Positions 1-10,265 of a DNA stretch of 64,000 nucleotides are shown piece after piece. How positions within the stretch are numbered: position 1 is the first letter of the stretch; each line of letters opens with the position of its first letter. Made by a program: the position numbers and the translations under genes. The DNA comes from Candidatus Dormiibacterota bacterium (GTDB lineage Bacteria > Chloroflexota > Dormibacteria > Aeolococcales > Aeolococcaceae). The stretch is taken from positions 64,001-128,000 of the forward strand of contig CAVPXI010000021.1 in NCBI GenBank assembly GCA_963709585.1, given 5' to 3'. The notes under the pieces were generated by a model that did not search any database, was not told the origin of the DNA, and saw nothing but the letters and a program-made list of their open reading frames with translations.

Positions 1-813
1 CGGCTCATCGACCCACCGTTGCACGAATTCCTGCCATCCCTCGAGGAGCTGCTCGTCGAGGTCACGCGCGCCCAGGCGCTCGGCAAGCCGGAGAAGTCGT
101 ACCGCGACAAGGTGACGCTGCTCGCCGCCGTGCAGAACCTCCACGAGCAGAACCCGATGCTGGGACTCCGCGGGTGCCGGCTCGGTCTCCTCTTCCCCGA
201 GATCATCGAGATGCAGACCCGAGCGATCATCGAGGCCGCGGTCAGCCTGAAGAAGGAGCGCGTCGACGTGCGCCCGGAGATCATGGTGCCGCTGATCGGA
301 ACGCTCGAAGAGCTGCGCCGGACTCGCGAGGTCATCGACCGCGTCGCGCAGGACGTCTTCAAGGAGACCAAGACCAAGGTGGCCTATCTCGTCGGCACCA
401 TGATCGAAGTTCCCCGAGCAGCGCTGACCGCCGGGCAGATCGCTCAGTCCGCGGACTTCTTCTCCTTCGGCACCAATGACCTGACCCAGATGACCTTCGG
501 TGTCTCTCGCGACGACGCCGAGGGAAAGTTTCTGCTTCGCTACGTCGAGGACAAGGTGCTGCCGCGCAATCCGTTCGAGACCCTCGATCGCGACGGCGTC
601 GGGCGGCTCATGCGCTTCGCGGTCGAGGAGGGGAGGGCGGTCCGTCCAGACTTGAGCGTTGGTATCTGCGGCGAGCACGGTGGCGACACCAACTCCATCG
701 CATTGTGCGAGGAACTGGGGCTCGACTACGTCTCCTGCTCACCGTTCCGGGTGCCCGCCGCACGCCTGGCGGCGGCGCATGCCCGTCTGGCGCGGGTGGA
801 GCGGGACCGCTGA
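1..813 (+). CDS. ppdK: Pyruvate phosphate dikinase, C-terminal part (5' end lies outside the window)
   Basis: [37 protein letters not shown] and GICGEHGG motifs. Confidence 0.95.
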   Translation, partial: RLIDPPLHEFLPSLEELLVEVTRAQALGKPEKSYRDKVTLLAAVQNLHEQNPMLGLRGCRLGLLFPEIIEMQTRAIIEAAVSLKKERVDVRPEIMVPLIGTLEELRRTREVIDRVAQDVFKETKTKVAYLVGTMIEVPRAALTAGQIAQSADFFSFGTNDLTQMTFGVSRDDAEGKFLLRYVEDKVLPRNPFETLDRDGVGRLMRFAVEEGRAVRPDLSVGICGEHGGDTNSIALCEELGLDYVSCSPFRVPAARLAAAHARLARVERDR

Positions 814-903
814 GCGATGCGGCTGCGGCCGGCATCTGGACGATTCCCGGGTACGGGCAACCGGCTGGGGTGGCTACTCTTCAGATATGGACGCGATACC
901 GGA

Positions 904-1170
904 GTGACCGAGCACGTCAGGATCCGCAAGATCGCGACGCGAAACGGACGTCCCGAGATGCTCGACGACGGTCACGTGGTCGAAGGCGATGAATTGTCGC
1001 CACCGACACCCGGAATGCCCTATGCCGTGCGCCGTACCGTGAGCGAACACGCGGACGCACCCGATGTCTTCGCAACGTCGCCGGTTCGAGCGGTGATCAC
1101 CGAGCAACGTGGTGGGATCGTGGTGCTCACCGACAACTCGAAGTATGCGATCGAGGTGGTCGGACGCTAG
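904..1170 (+). CDS. Small hypothetical protein
   Basis: Host-like codon use from the in-frame GTG at 904; ends in a T-x-N-S-x-Y motif; start uncertain. Confidence 0.55.
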   Translation: MTEHVRIRKIATRNGRPEMLDDGHVVEGDELSPPTPGMPYAVRRTVSEHADAPDVFATSPVRAVITEQRGGIVVLTDNSKYAIEVVGR

Positions 1171-1275
1171 ACGAGGACGTGCGCGCCTGCTGAAGCGCAC
1201 GGCGCAGCAGAGCCGCCGGTAACGGATCACCGGCGATTTCCCCACGGGGTATAGCGTTTCGCCTACTCTTTTGTT

Positions 1276-2037
1276 GTGATGTCCTGGCCGCAAACGCCGG
1301 TGCTCGCAAGCACCATGACCGCGCCGGGTGCGGAGCCGTACCTTCCGGTGGAGGAAGTGGCGCGACGGTTGGATCTCCCGCTCGGCATCCTGCTTCGTCG
1401 CGTCGAGGCCGGCGACGTCCCGTCACGTCGCGAGGAAGGGCCTGACGGCGTGCGCTACATGGTCCGTCTCGGCGACCTCGGCATCGAGAGTCCGGCGACC
1501 AACGGGGTCGCTGCGCCAGCCCCACCGCCGCCACCGGACACGGTCAACCATCTCGCGCCGGTCGAGCAAACACCGACCGTCGATGTCGTCGGGATCGCGC
1601 AGCCGTCGTCGTGGCCTGACAAGGTCGTCCCCCCGCCCGAGGAGGAACTCGCGGCCGAGGCCCAGACCCCGCACGGGCGCGCCGCGTCGGTGATCGAGAT
1701 CGGTTCGAACGAGCCCCGCCGCGACGTGGCGTCGATGACCTCGCTCGATCCGCGCGAGCTCGTCGCCGGGCTGCTCGACCGCTGGGAGCGGACCCTGGAG
1801 CAGCGAATCTATTCCGAGCAGCGGCAGCGCTTCGAGGCCGAGTTGAACTCTCGCCAGAACCTGGTCAAGCAACTCCAACTCGAGCTGCAAACCGCCCGCG
1901 CCGAGCACGCGGCCGCCCAGGCCGAGAAGGATCGTCGCCTCGCCGACCGAGATCGGCGGATCGGCGAGCTCGAGGCGGGTGGTCCCGACCCGCAGGACGT
2001 CGCGAACAGGCGCCGCCGCTGGTTCTTCAGCCGCTAG
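1276..2037 (+). CDS. HTH DNA-binding protein with Pro-rich linker and C-terminal coiled coil
   Basis: N-terminal VEEVARRLDL..LLRRVEAGDV (MerR/excisionase-like HTH); Q/E/R heptads; ends RRRWFFSR; -10 TACTCT 6 nt before the GTG. Confidence 0.75.
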   Translation: MMSWPQTPVLASTMTAPGAEPYLPVEEVARRLDLPLGILLRRVEAGDVPSRREEGPDGVRYMVRLGDLGIESPATNGVAAPAPPPPPDTVNHLAPVEQTPTVDVVGIAQPSSWPDKVVPPPEEELAAEAQTPHGRAASVIEIGSNEPRRDVASMTSLDPRELVAGLLDRWERTLEQRIYSEQRQRFEAELNSRQNLVKQLQLELQTARAEHAAAQAEKDRRLADRDRRIGELEAGGPDPQDVANRRRRWFFSR

Positions 2038-2060
2038 CGAGCGGTCGAGGCGGGCGGGTC

Positions 2061-3902
2061 ATGGCTGGGGACGCTGTCGCTGAGGTCAAGTCGCGCCTTG
2101 ACCTCGTCGAGGTCATCGGGGGGTACGTCACCCTGCATCGCGCCGGGCGCGAGCTGACCGGCCTCTGCCCATTCCATGCGGAGAAGACGCCGTCATTCAC
2201 CGTCAGCCCGCAACGCCAGGTCTGGCACTGCCACGGCTGTCACGCCGGCGGTGATCTCCTCACGTTCATCGAACAGATCGAGCGTGTGGACTTTCGGCAG
2301 GCGCTCGACATGCTCGCCGATCGCGCCGGAGTGGAACTCGAGAGCGGACCCACCGCGGGCCGCGGCACCGGCCGGCGTCGCCGCCGATCGATCGAGCTCA
2401 ACGCCAAGACGCAGGCGTACTACCAGCACGTGCTGTGGGCCACACCCGCCGGTGAGCCCGGCCGTGCCCTGCTTCGCGACCGTGGCGTCGATGAGGCGCT
2501 GGCCCGGCGCTTCGGGGTCGGCTTTGCCCCCGCCGGCGGAGCCGGAGAGGACGCGCTCGCGAGGTATCTGACCGGCAAGGGGGGCGCCGGCGTGGAGGAG
2601 CTGGTCGACGCCGGTCTCGTGCATCCCTCACGAGGGGGCGGCAGGACCCGCGACAGGTTTCGGGACCGCCTGGTATTCCCGATCCGCGCCGAGCGTGGCG
2701 AGGTGCTCGGCTTCGGGGCCCGCGCCCTCGGCGACGCCAAGCCGAAGTACCTGAACAGCCCTAACTCGGCCGCGTATCACAAGTCCTCTGCGATCTTCGG
2801 GCTCGACCTCGCCCGTACCGCGATTACGCGCGAGCACGCGGCCGTGATCGTGGAGGGGTACTTCGATGTGATCGCCGGCCACGCCTCGGGTGTGGAGCAC
2901 ACGGTCGCGAGCAGCGGGACGGCGCTCACCCGCGAGCAGGTACACAGCCTCGGGCGGATCGCCGAGACGCTGATTCTCTGCTTCGACGGCGACGACGCCG
3001 GGAGGGTCGCCGCGACCCGCGCGGTGGACGTGATCGCCGCCGAGGGCGTCCAGGCGCGCATCTGCCGCCTGCCGGGCGGCGCCAAGGACCCGGACGAGCT
3101 CGTCCGCCGCGACCCGGCCGCCTTCGCGCAGGCGATCGCCGAATCCGCGCCGGCATGGCAGGTGCTCCTCGACGCGGCCCTCGCCACGGGAGAGGGCGGG
3201 AGCGTCGACGCGCGGCGTGCCGCAGCGGAACGGGCGGTTGCGATGCTCGCCAGAATTCCCGAGGCGACCACCCGCGAGCTCTACCTGCAGCAGGCAGCCC
3301 GCCGGCTCGATCTCGGCGCCCGCTCGCTCACCACCGACCTGGCCCACTCGATGCGCGACGGTATCCGCAGGCCCGCGAGGATCGTGGTCGCCGCGCCCGC
3401 CGAGCCGGCCGCGGGCGCTGCCGAGGAACCAGAGCCTGTCGAGGCGGACGAGCCGATGCCGGCATGGGAGGCGCAACTCGCCCGAGTGGTGCTGATCCGG
3501 CCGGAGCTGGCGGCGGCGCTGAGATCGGACAGCGGACTCGCACCTGATGAGTTCACCAATCCGACGGCGCGGCGCATCTTCGACGCGGCCTCCACCGACC
3601 CCGGGGGCTTCACGCTCCGGCGTCTCAGCGGGGGAGACCAGCGGCGGGCCGCCGGTCTCCTCGTTCGCGAGGTTCCCGAGTTCGCGGACGAGGCCGAGCC
3701 CCGGGCCATCAAGCAACTGATGGCCGACTGCGTGCGGCTGATCCACGAGGAGAGCGTTCGGCGCGCGCTGGTGAGCATCTCGACCGAGATGCATCGCGCC
3801 AGGGACGAGGGCCGCACCGAGGACGCCGATGCGCTGGCCGCCAAACTCAGCCGTCTGGCGGCAGACGCCCCGCATCTGCGCCGCACCCTGGCGGTTCGCT
3901 GA
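2061..3902 (+). CDS. dnaG: DNA primase
   Basis: CPFH..CHGC zinc finger, KYLNSP, TOPRIM EGYFD and FDGD motifs; upstream of rpoD. Confidence 0.96.
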   Translation: MAGDAVAEVKSRLDLVEVIGGYVTLHRAGRELTGLCPFHAEKTPSFTVSPQRQVWHCHGCHAGGDLLTFIEQIERVDFRQALDMLADRAGVELESGPTAGRGTGRRRRRSIELNAKTQAYYQHVLWATPAGEPGRALLRDRGVDEALARRFGVGFAPAGGAGEDALARYLTGKGGAGVEELVDAGLVHPSRGGGRTRDRFRDRLVFPIRAERGEVLGFGARALGDAKPKYLNSPNSAAYHKSSAIFGLDLARTAITREHAAVIVEGYFDVIAGHASGVEHTVASSGTALTREQVHSLGRIAETLILCFDGDDAGRVAATRAVDVIAAEGVQARICRLPGGAKDPDELVRRDPAAFAQAIAESAPAWQVLLDAALATGEGGSVDARRAAAERAVAMLARIPEATTRELYLQQAARRLDLGARSLTTDLAHSMRDGIRRPARIVVAAPAEPAAGAAEEPEPVEADEPMPAWEAQLARVVLIRPELAAALRSDSGLAPDEFTNPTARRIFDAASTDPGGFTLRRLSGGDQRRAAGLLVREVPEFADEAEPRAIKQLMADCVRLIHEESVRRALVSISTEMHRARDEGRTEDADALAAKLSRLAADAPHLRRTLAVR

Positions 3903-4123
3903 TCGAGGATCATCGCCCGATGCGCGCGGGCGTCCGCGCATGTTTGATCCAGAGCCTTCCAAGCCACCATCACCCTCGTGCCCGCGTGGATCCTCATATT
4001 CCGATCGCCCGAATCGGCACACGCAGACGGCTTTGACAATTATTGTGATCACCGTCGCTGTACCGATCGTCCGGCGGACTCGCAGAACGGGCGTCAGCCT
4101 GCGCCGCCTGAGACAGAGTTGAG

Positions 4124-5254
4124 ATGACCGCAGCCACCACCACGACCCGATCCCGAGCAGCCACCCTGCCGCCGCCTTCGGGCGCAGATTTGCTGGTCTC
4201 CGCTGCCGAGGCGCTGATCATCAAGGGCAAGGACCACGGATATCTCACGCCCGACGACATCCTCGCGGCCTTTCCGGAGATCGATGTCGAGCCTGACCAC
4301 CTGGAGCGGATCTTCCACGTCTTTCGCGAGATGGGGATCGAGGTCAGCGACGGGGACAAGGATTTCGAGACCGTCGACGAGATCGACGAGGAGCTCATCG
4401 CCAAAGCCGAGGCGATCAACTCCGTCTCCCTCGACGACCCGGTTCGCATGTACCTCAAGGAGATCGGCCGGGTCGCGCTCCTCAAGGCCGAACAGGAGGT
4501 TCACTACGCAAAGCTGATCGAGCAGGGCGACGAAGAGGCGAAGAACCAACTCACCGAAGCGAACCTGCGTCTTGTGGTCAGCATTGCCAAGAAGTACATC
4601 GGCCGCGGTATGTCCTTCCTCGACCTGATCCAGGAAGGCAACATGGGCCTGATTCGCGCCGTCGAGAAGTTCGACTACCACAAGGGCTACAAGTTCTCGA
4701 CGTACGCGACGTGGTGGATCCGCCAGGCGATCACGCGCGCGATCGCCGACCAGGCGCGAACCATCCGTATTCCAGTGCACATGGTCGAGACCATCAACAA
4801 GCTCGTCCGTGTGTCGCGACGCCTGCTCCAGGAGTTGGGCCGCGAACCCAACGACGAGGAGATCGCCGACGAGATGGGGATCACGCCCGAGAAGGTTCGC
4901 GAGATCACCAAGGTGTCGCAGGACCCGGTATCGCTCGAGACACCGATCGGCGAAGAAGAGGATTCGCACCTCGGGGACTTTGTCGAGGACAAAGAGGCAA
5001 CCGCCCCTTCCGACGCGGCGTCGCTCACCATGTTGCGCACCGAGGTCGAGGACATTCTCGACACGCTGACGCCGCGTGAACGCCGTGTGCTCCAACTGCG
5101 ATTCGGGCTCATCGACGGCCACCAGCGCACGCTCGAGGAAGTGGGCAAGCGCTTCGGCGTGACCCGTGAACGCATCCGCCAGATCGAGGCGAAAGCGCTG
5201 CGCAAGCTGCGCCATCCATCGCGCTCCAAGAAGCTCAAGGACTACCTCGAGTAG
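4124..5254 (+). CDS. rpoD: Primary sigma factor RpoD/SigA
   Basis: [49 protein letters not shown]. Confidence 0.98.
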   Translation: MTAATTTTRSRAATLPPPSGADLLVSAAEALIIKGKDHGYLTPDDILAAFPEIDVEPDHLERIFHVFREMGIEVSDGDKDFETVDEIDEELIAKAEAINSVSLDDPVRMYLKEIGRVALLKAEQEVHYAKLIEQGDEEAKNQLTEANLRLVVSIAKKYIGRGMSFLDLIQEGNMGLIRAVEKFDYHKGYKFSTYATWWIRQAITRAIADQARTIRIPVHMVETINKLVRVSRRLLQELGREPNDEEIADEMGITPEKVREITKVSQDPVSLETPIGEEEDSHLGDFVEDKEATAPSDAASLTMLRTEVEDILDTLTPRERRVLQLRFGLIDGHQRTLEEVGKRFGVTRERIRQIEAKALRKLRHPSRSKKLKDYLE

Positions 5255-5337
5255 ACGGAACGACGCTGTCGCCGTCGGTGACGAATCGTGATCGTGCAGG
5301 GGCACGGTGCGTCACGGCAGGTAGACTTGAGTCATGA

Positions 5338-5409
5338 TCCGGGTTAGCTCAGCGGTAGAGCAGGCGGCTGTTAACCGCAAGGCCACTGGTTCGAATCCAG
5401 TACCCGGAG
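5338..5409 (+). tRNA. tRNA-Asn(GTT)
   Basis: Acceptor stem TCCGGGT/ACCCGGA, anticodon loop CTGTTAA, T-arm GGTTCGAATCC; CCA not encoded. Confidence 0.96.
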
Positions 5410-5473
5410 CGTCGACGTCCCACTAGCAGCACGCGGCATCGCCCGAGGCGGCGCCGTACACGAGGAACACGGG

Positions 5474-6322
5474 ATGACCGAGACCGCATCGCGGCCGGGC
5501 ACCACGCCCGACGTCGCGACCCTGACGAACACGCCCGGCACGGAGGGCGATGCCCAGACTGATTCGGCACCGACGCCCCCGACGTGGTCGTGGCCCGCGC
5601 CGGCGCCGGCATCCCACCCGCTCGAGGGCGAGCTTTTGCACGAGACACACGACACCGGCCCGCCGCCCGCCGAACCCGTCGAGGCGGATCCAACCGAGGT
5701 CACGATTGTCGCGGCCATCACCACGTCCGAGAAGTCCCTGCCCAAGGTCACGTCCTTCGGGCCCGCCGGCAAGCGGCGTTCCACGCTCGGAATCGTCGTG
5801 CTCTCGGTCGTCACCCTCGGGGTGTACAGCCTTGTCTGGCACCACCGCATCAATCGGGAAGTGGGCAATTTCGATACGCGCATGCACGTGGTTCCCGGAC
5901 GTTCGACCATCGCGGTGGCGATCCCCTGGGCGATCGGCTGGTTGGTGAGCATTGCCGGGGCGGTCAGAATCGTGCTTGCGGTCGCCAACGTCACCCTGCG
6001 ATTCGACCCGCACTTCTCGGTGCTGCAGGCATACGGGCTGCTCGGCGGAGCCCTGGTGATTCCCTACCTCGAACTGTTGCTGCCATTCAGCGCCATCGCA
6101 TTGGTGATGACCCTCGAGCGTGTGCGCATCCTGGAGGATCGGATGGGTCGCACCACCGACGTGCAGTTGCGGCCGACACGGGCGGTCCTGTGGATGCTGC
6201 TCCCCATCGCGGGCGGCTTGATCCTCATGGCAATCACCCAGCGGCGTCTCAACCGCGCCTGGGAGGACGACATGGCGGCGGCACCTGCGGTGCGCCCGAC
6301 CGTGCGGGTGGCTCCGAGCTGA
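5474..6322 (+). CDS. Membrane protein, DUF4234-like, with disordered N-terminus
   Basis: RS..VLSVVTLGVYSLVW.H.IN.E pattern, several TM segments, Q..LN..W near the end. Confidence 0.7.
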   Translation: MTETASRPGTTPDVATLTNTPGTEGDAQTDSAPTPPTWSWPAPAPASHPLEGELLHETHDTGPPPAEPVEADPTEVTIVAAITTSEKSLPKVTSFGPAGKRRSTLGIVVLSVVTLGVYSLVWHHRINREVGNFDTRMHVVPGRSTIAVAIPWAIGWLVSIAGAVRIVLAVANVTLRFDPHFSVLQAYGLLGGALVIPYLELLLPFSAIALVMTLERVRILEDRMGRTTDVQLRPTRAVLWMLLPIAGGLILMAITQRRLNRAWEDDMAAAPAVRPTVRVAPS

Positions 6323-6392
6323 CCATTCCCGCAGTCGCCATGCCCATTCTCGTATGCCGGTTGCGACCGCCTGCACTAGACTGATTGGTCCG

Positions 6393-7181
6393 GTGGCTGT
6401 TTCGATCGCCTGTATCTCTGGAAAAGGCGGGGTGGGAAAGACAACCACCTGCGCCTCGCTGGCCGCAGTGTTGGCGGAGCGCGGACGGCGTGTGCTCGCC
6501 GTCGACATGGACCCGCAGTCGAACCTGACGTCCGGCCTGGGGTTCAACCCGTACTCGCTCACCCACACGGTCGCCGACGCGATCCTCGAACCGGACCAGT
6601 CCGTCGATGAGCTGATCGTCCGCACCAAGTGGGCAGGTCTGCACCTGCTCCCCGCGAACCCGGACCTGAGCGCCGTCGAGGCCGGGTTGCCGACCGCACT
6701 CGACGCCGAGACCCGTCTCCGGCGAGCGCTGCAACGCGACTGTCGCGATTACGATTTCATCCTGTTCGACACACCGCCGAGCTTCGCGTTCCACACCATC
6801 AGCGTCCTGGCGGCCACCGACTTCATCGTGATTCCGATGCAGATGTCGGGGTATGCGGTGAAGGGGCTCAAGGAGACCCTCCGTTCGGTGCACCACGTGC
6901 GCCAGCAGTTGAATCCGGACCTGCGCGTGCTCGGTCTGCTGCCGACATTCGTGGTGATGCGCACCCGATTCTCGCGCGATCTCCTCGAAGGATTGCGCGC
7001 GATCCCGAACCTGCGCGTGTTCAACACGATCATCAAGGTGACCGTTCGGCTGCAGGAGTCGGCGCTCGCCGGCGAGCCGGTGACCGTGATGGCGCCGTCG
7101 TCCGAGGCCGCCGCGGCGTATCGATCGTTCGCCGACGAGGTGCTCGCGGCCCTGATCGCCGAGGGCGAGCGTGGGGTCTGA
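6393..7181 (+). CDS. ParA/Soj-family ATPase (orphan)
   Basis: Deviant Walker A GKGGVGKTT, DMDPQSNLT, YDFILFDTPPS; no parB adjacent. Confidence 0.92.
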   Translation: MAVSIACISGKGGVGKTTTCASLAAVLAERGRRVLAVDMDPQSNLTSGLGFNPYSLTHTVADAILEPDQSVDELIVRTKWAGLHLLPANPDLSAVEAGLPTALDAETRLRRALQRDCRDYDFILFDTPPSFAFHTISVLAATDFIVIPMQMSGYAVKGLKETLRSVHHVRQQLNPDLRVLGLLPTFVVMRTRFSRDLLEGLRAIPNLRVFNTIIKVTVRLQESALAGEPVTVMAPSSEAAAAYRSFADEVLAALIAEGERGV

Positions 7182-7451
7182 GCTCCGCTCGCCACGCCGC
7201 CGGCGGAGCGTCGCTGTCGCGCCGGCGCTCCTCGACCCGCAGAGCTGCCCGAGGACGCGCCCGGACGGGTGAAGCTCATCGCCGTCGATGCGCCCGCCGA
7301 CGTCCTCGATGCGCCGGCAGCCGTGCCCCCGGCACCTGCGCGCGGCCAATCGCTGCTCGCGGCCGGCGGCGGGTGGATCCCCGTGGCCGTCGCCGGTGCG
7401 GTGATCGTGGCCATCTTCATCGTGGGGATGCTGCTGACCCACTCGTCGTAG
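7171..7451 (+). CDS. Small C-terminally membrane-anchored protein overlapping the parA 3' end (probable 1-nt deletion near 7238)
   Basis: GTG 7171 frame MGSELRSPRRRRS.. joins the 7269-7451 ORF if CCC at 7236-7238 is CCCC; C-terminal TM helix. Confidence 0.6.
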
Positions 7452-7491
7452 GGGCGGCGACAACTACACTTTTTTGTGATACTGTGCGACG

Positions 7492-8115
7492 GTGCAGACC
7501 GAACCGGAACGCAGGACAGGCGAGGCGGAGCTCCTCGCCCGCGCGCTCGGAGGTTCGACTCCCGCCGCTGACCTGAGCGCTGTCGCGAATCGAGTCGCCC
7601 GCATCCCCTGGTGGGAGCGCCGAGCCCTGGACGCGGCGGGGCTCACCCGCGAGCACGGGGTGCCGCGCGAGCGAGCCGAGCGCCTCGCCGCGATGTGGGA
7701 GCTTGCCGAGCGCTGGACGGATGACGACCGGCCCGCCATCGCGTCGCCGCGGGACGCGTTGCTCATGCTTGACGGGCTGCGGCGCGCCCGTCGCGAGCAG
7801 GTCGTGGTGCTCCTCCTCGACGCCCGTCACCGCCCGATCAAGCTCGAGACGGTCGCCGTCGGGACCATCAACGCGTCACGGCTCCAGCCTCGCGACGTGT
7901 TCGGACCGGCGCTACGGAGTGACGCAGTTGCAGTCATCATCGGCCACAACCATCCGAGCGGCGATCCCGCCCCGAGCCGCGCCGACCGCGTCGTGACCGC
8001 GGCGCTGCGCAGTGCCGGCGCGCTGCTCGGCGTCCCGGTACTCGATCACCTGATCGTCGCCCGGCGCGGGCATCATTCGTTTCGAGAGACCGAGAGCTGG
8101 GACGAGGCCGCCTAG
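7492..8115 (+). CDS. radC: RadC/JAB domain protein
   Basis: EQVVVLLLD, HNHPSGDPAPS..D and LDHLIV motifs. Confidence 0.9.
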   Translation: MQTEPERRTGEAELLARALGGSTPAADLSAVANRVARIPWWERRALDAAGLTREHGVPRERAERLAAMWELAERWTDDDRPAIASPRDALLMLDGLRRARREQVVVLLLDARHRPIKLETVAVGTINASRLQPRDVFGPALRSDAVAVIIGHNHPSGDPAPSRADRVVTAALRSAGALLGVPVLDHLIVARRGHHSFRETESWDEAA

Positions 8116-8116
8116 C

Positions 8117-9310
8117 TCAGCCGAAGGCGCTCTCGCCGGTGAGCTCCTTGCCGATGATCAGCGTGTGCACCTCCTCGGTGCCCTCGTAGGTGAGCACCGA
8201 TTCGAGGTTGGCCATGTGCCGCGCGACCGGGTATTCGAGCGTGATCCCATTGGCTCCGAGGATGGTGCGCGCGCTGCGCGCGATATCGAGAGCGGCGCGC
8301 ACGTTGGCCCGCTTGGCAATCGACACCTGGACCGGGTGCAGCCGGCCCTGGTCCTTCAGCGTGCCCAGCCGGTGCGCGAGCAGGCGGCCCTGAACGATCG
8401 CGGTCGCCATGTTCGCCAGCTTCTGCTGGGTCAGCTGCATCGCGCCGATCGGCTTGCCGAAGGCGCGGCGGGTCTTGCTGTACTCGAGCGCGGACTCGAA
8501 GCAGGCGCGCGCGGCACCCATCGCCCCCCAACCGATGCCGAATCGGGCCTCATTGAGGCACGACAGGGGACCGCGCATGCCGCTCACCCCGGGGAGGATG
8601 GCGCTGCCCGGCACCCGCACCGATTCGAAGGACAGCTCCGACGTCACCGACGCGCGCAGCGACAGCTTGTTGTGCACATCCGACGCGGTGAAGCCGCGCG
8701 TCCCGCGCTCGACGAGGAAACCTCGAACCCCCGAGTCGGTCGTCGCCCAGATCACGGCGATGTCGGCGATGGAGCCGTTGGTGATCCACATCTTGGTGCC
8801 GTTGATGACCCAGTCATCGCCGTCGCGGCGCGCCACGGTGCGCATCGACGAGGGATCCGATCCGGCGTCCGGCTCGGTCAGCCCGAAGCACCCGATCGCG
8901 CGCCCGGCGGCCATCTCCGGCAGCCAGCGCGACTTCTGCTCCTCGCTGCCGTACGTCGAGATCGGAAACATGGCAAGCGAGCCCTGCACCGAGACAAAGG
9001 ACCGCAACCCGCTGTCGCCCGCTTCGAGCTCCTCGCTCGCGACACCGTACGCGGTGGCCGAGGCTCCCGCACAACCGTAGCCGTGCAGGTGCATGCCCAG
9101 CAGGCCGAGCTCGGCGATGCCAGGGATGAGCTCACGCGGGAACGTGCCCGCCTCGAAGTGGTCCGGAATCAGTGGCAGCGCCTGGTCGCGTACGAACGCC
9201 CGGACGGTGTCGCGGATCAGGCGCTCGTCGTCGCCGAGCAGGTCGTCGACCGCGAAGAGGTCGGACGGGGCCAGCGCACGTGTCTGCGGTGCGCGCTCGG
9301 TGACGGCCAT
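8117..9310 (-). CDS. Acyl-CoA dehydrogenase, glutaryl-CoA dehydrogenase-like
   Basis: GCFGLTEPDAGSDP, GTKMWITN, GPLSCLNEAR, TYEGTEEVH. Confidence 0.92.
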   Translation of the reverse strand: MAVTERAPQTRALAPSDLFAVDDLLGDDERLIRDTVRAFVRDQALPLIPDHFEAGTFPRELIPGIAELGLLGMHLHGYGCAGASATAYGVASEELEAGDSGLRSFVSVQGSLAMFPISTYGSEEQKSRWLPEMAAGRAIGCFGLTEPDAGSDPSSMRTVARRDGDDWVINGTKMWITNGSIADIAVIWATTDSGVRGFLVERGTRGFTASDVHNKLSLRASVTSELSFESVRVPGSAILPGVSGMRGPLSCLNEARFGIGWGAMGAARACFESALEYSKTRRAFGKPIGAMQLTQQKLANMATAIVQGRLLAHRLGTLKDQGRLHPVQVSIAKRANVRAALDIARSARTILGANGITLEYPVARHMANLESVLTYEGTEEVHTLIIGKELTGESAFG

Positions 9311-9331
9311 GCGCTCAGAGTACCCGGTTGA

Positions 9332-9748
9332 CTACGCGGCGACCGGCATCCCGGCGTCGACGAGCTGGCGGCGCAGGACCTCGCCGCTCGCGAAGCCGAC
9401 GTTGATCTCGGTCACCTGGCCGGATGCGTCGAGGACGATCGTCGTCGGCAGCGACATGACGCGATATCGACGAGCCAGCTCGGGTTCGGCGGCGATGTCG
9501 ATCTCGCGGATGTCGATGCCCGGGTCGATCCCGGCGGCGAGCGTGCGCAGCGCCGGCTTCTGCGCGGTGTGGCAGATCGTGCAGGCCTCACCGGTGAAAT
9601 ACAGGATGGACGGCAGCGGCCCGAGCGTGCCCGTGGTCTCGACGACGCGACCGACCAGCTCGCGCTGCCCACCGCGCTGCACCCGAAGCAGCAGGGCCAT
9701 GGCACCCACTGCCGCGATGGCGATCAAGGGGGCGAGCAGGAGGATCAT
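9332..9748 (-). CDS. Membrane-anchored thioredoxin-like protein
   Basis: N-terminal TM helix, CTIC motif, VMSLPT cis-Pro motif; overlaps the stop of the upstream gene. Confidence 0.85.
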   Translation of the reverse strand: MILLLAPLIAIAAVGAMALLLRVQRGGQRELVGRVVETTGTLGPLPSILYFTGEACTICHTAQKPALRTLAAGIDPGIDIREIDIAAEPELARRYRVMSLPTTIVLDASGQVTEINVGFASGEVLRRQLVDAGMPVAA

Positions 9749-10206
9749 CTCGCGGGGTCGCGCGCGAGCGGCAGCAGCCCGATGCGCACCAGTTGGGCAT
9801 ACATGATGCAGCCGACGCAAATGTTGAACGCGAAGTTGAGGAAGGCGAGCGCGGCCACGATCCAGGCCAGCACCCACGCCACCAGGACCAGCCCGGTGAT
9901 GACGAACACGCTCGCCGCGGCAAGGAACACGCCACCGACCAGCTGCGCGAAACGGTGCGGCGCCGGATCCTCCTGAACGACGCGTGGCTTCACGATGCCC
10001 GCGGGCTTGAGCCAGCGGAGGTACACGAGACGGGGGACGTTGAGCGAGGGGGATCCGACCGCTGCGAGCATCATCACCGCCAGCACGGGGAGCACCCAAG
10101 CGACCGGCTGATAGGCCAGCCCGATGAGGTAGCCGACCACGATGACGCCCATCAGGATTGCCTGATTGACCTTGGGAACGCTGCGATCGAATGGGACGAC
10201 TGCCAC
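9745..10206 (-). CDS. DUF4395-like membrane protein
   Basis: EDPAPHRFAQLVG and CVGC motifs. Confidence 0.8.
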   Translation of the reverse strand: MAVVPFDRSVPKVNQAILMGVIVVGYLIGLAYQPVAWVLPVLAVMMLAAVGSPSLNVPRLVYLRWLKPAGIVKPRVVQEDPAPHRFAQLVGGVFLAAASVFVITGLVLVAWVLAWIVAALAFLNFAFNICVGCIMYAQLVRIGLLPLARDPAR

Positions 10207-10265
10207 GATGCTGAAATGATACCGCGCAGGTCAGGTATTACACCCCGCCCCACCGGGACGCCGAC

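Noticed and set aside
4033-4046. TTGACA upstream of rpoD as a promoter
   Set aside because: No convincing -10 element at 16-18 nt spacing
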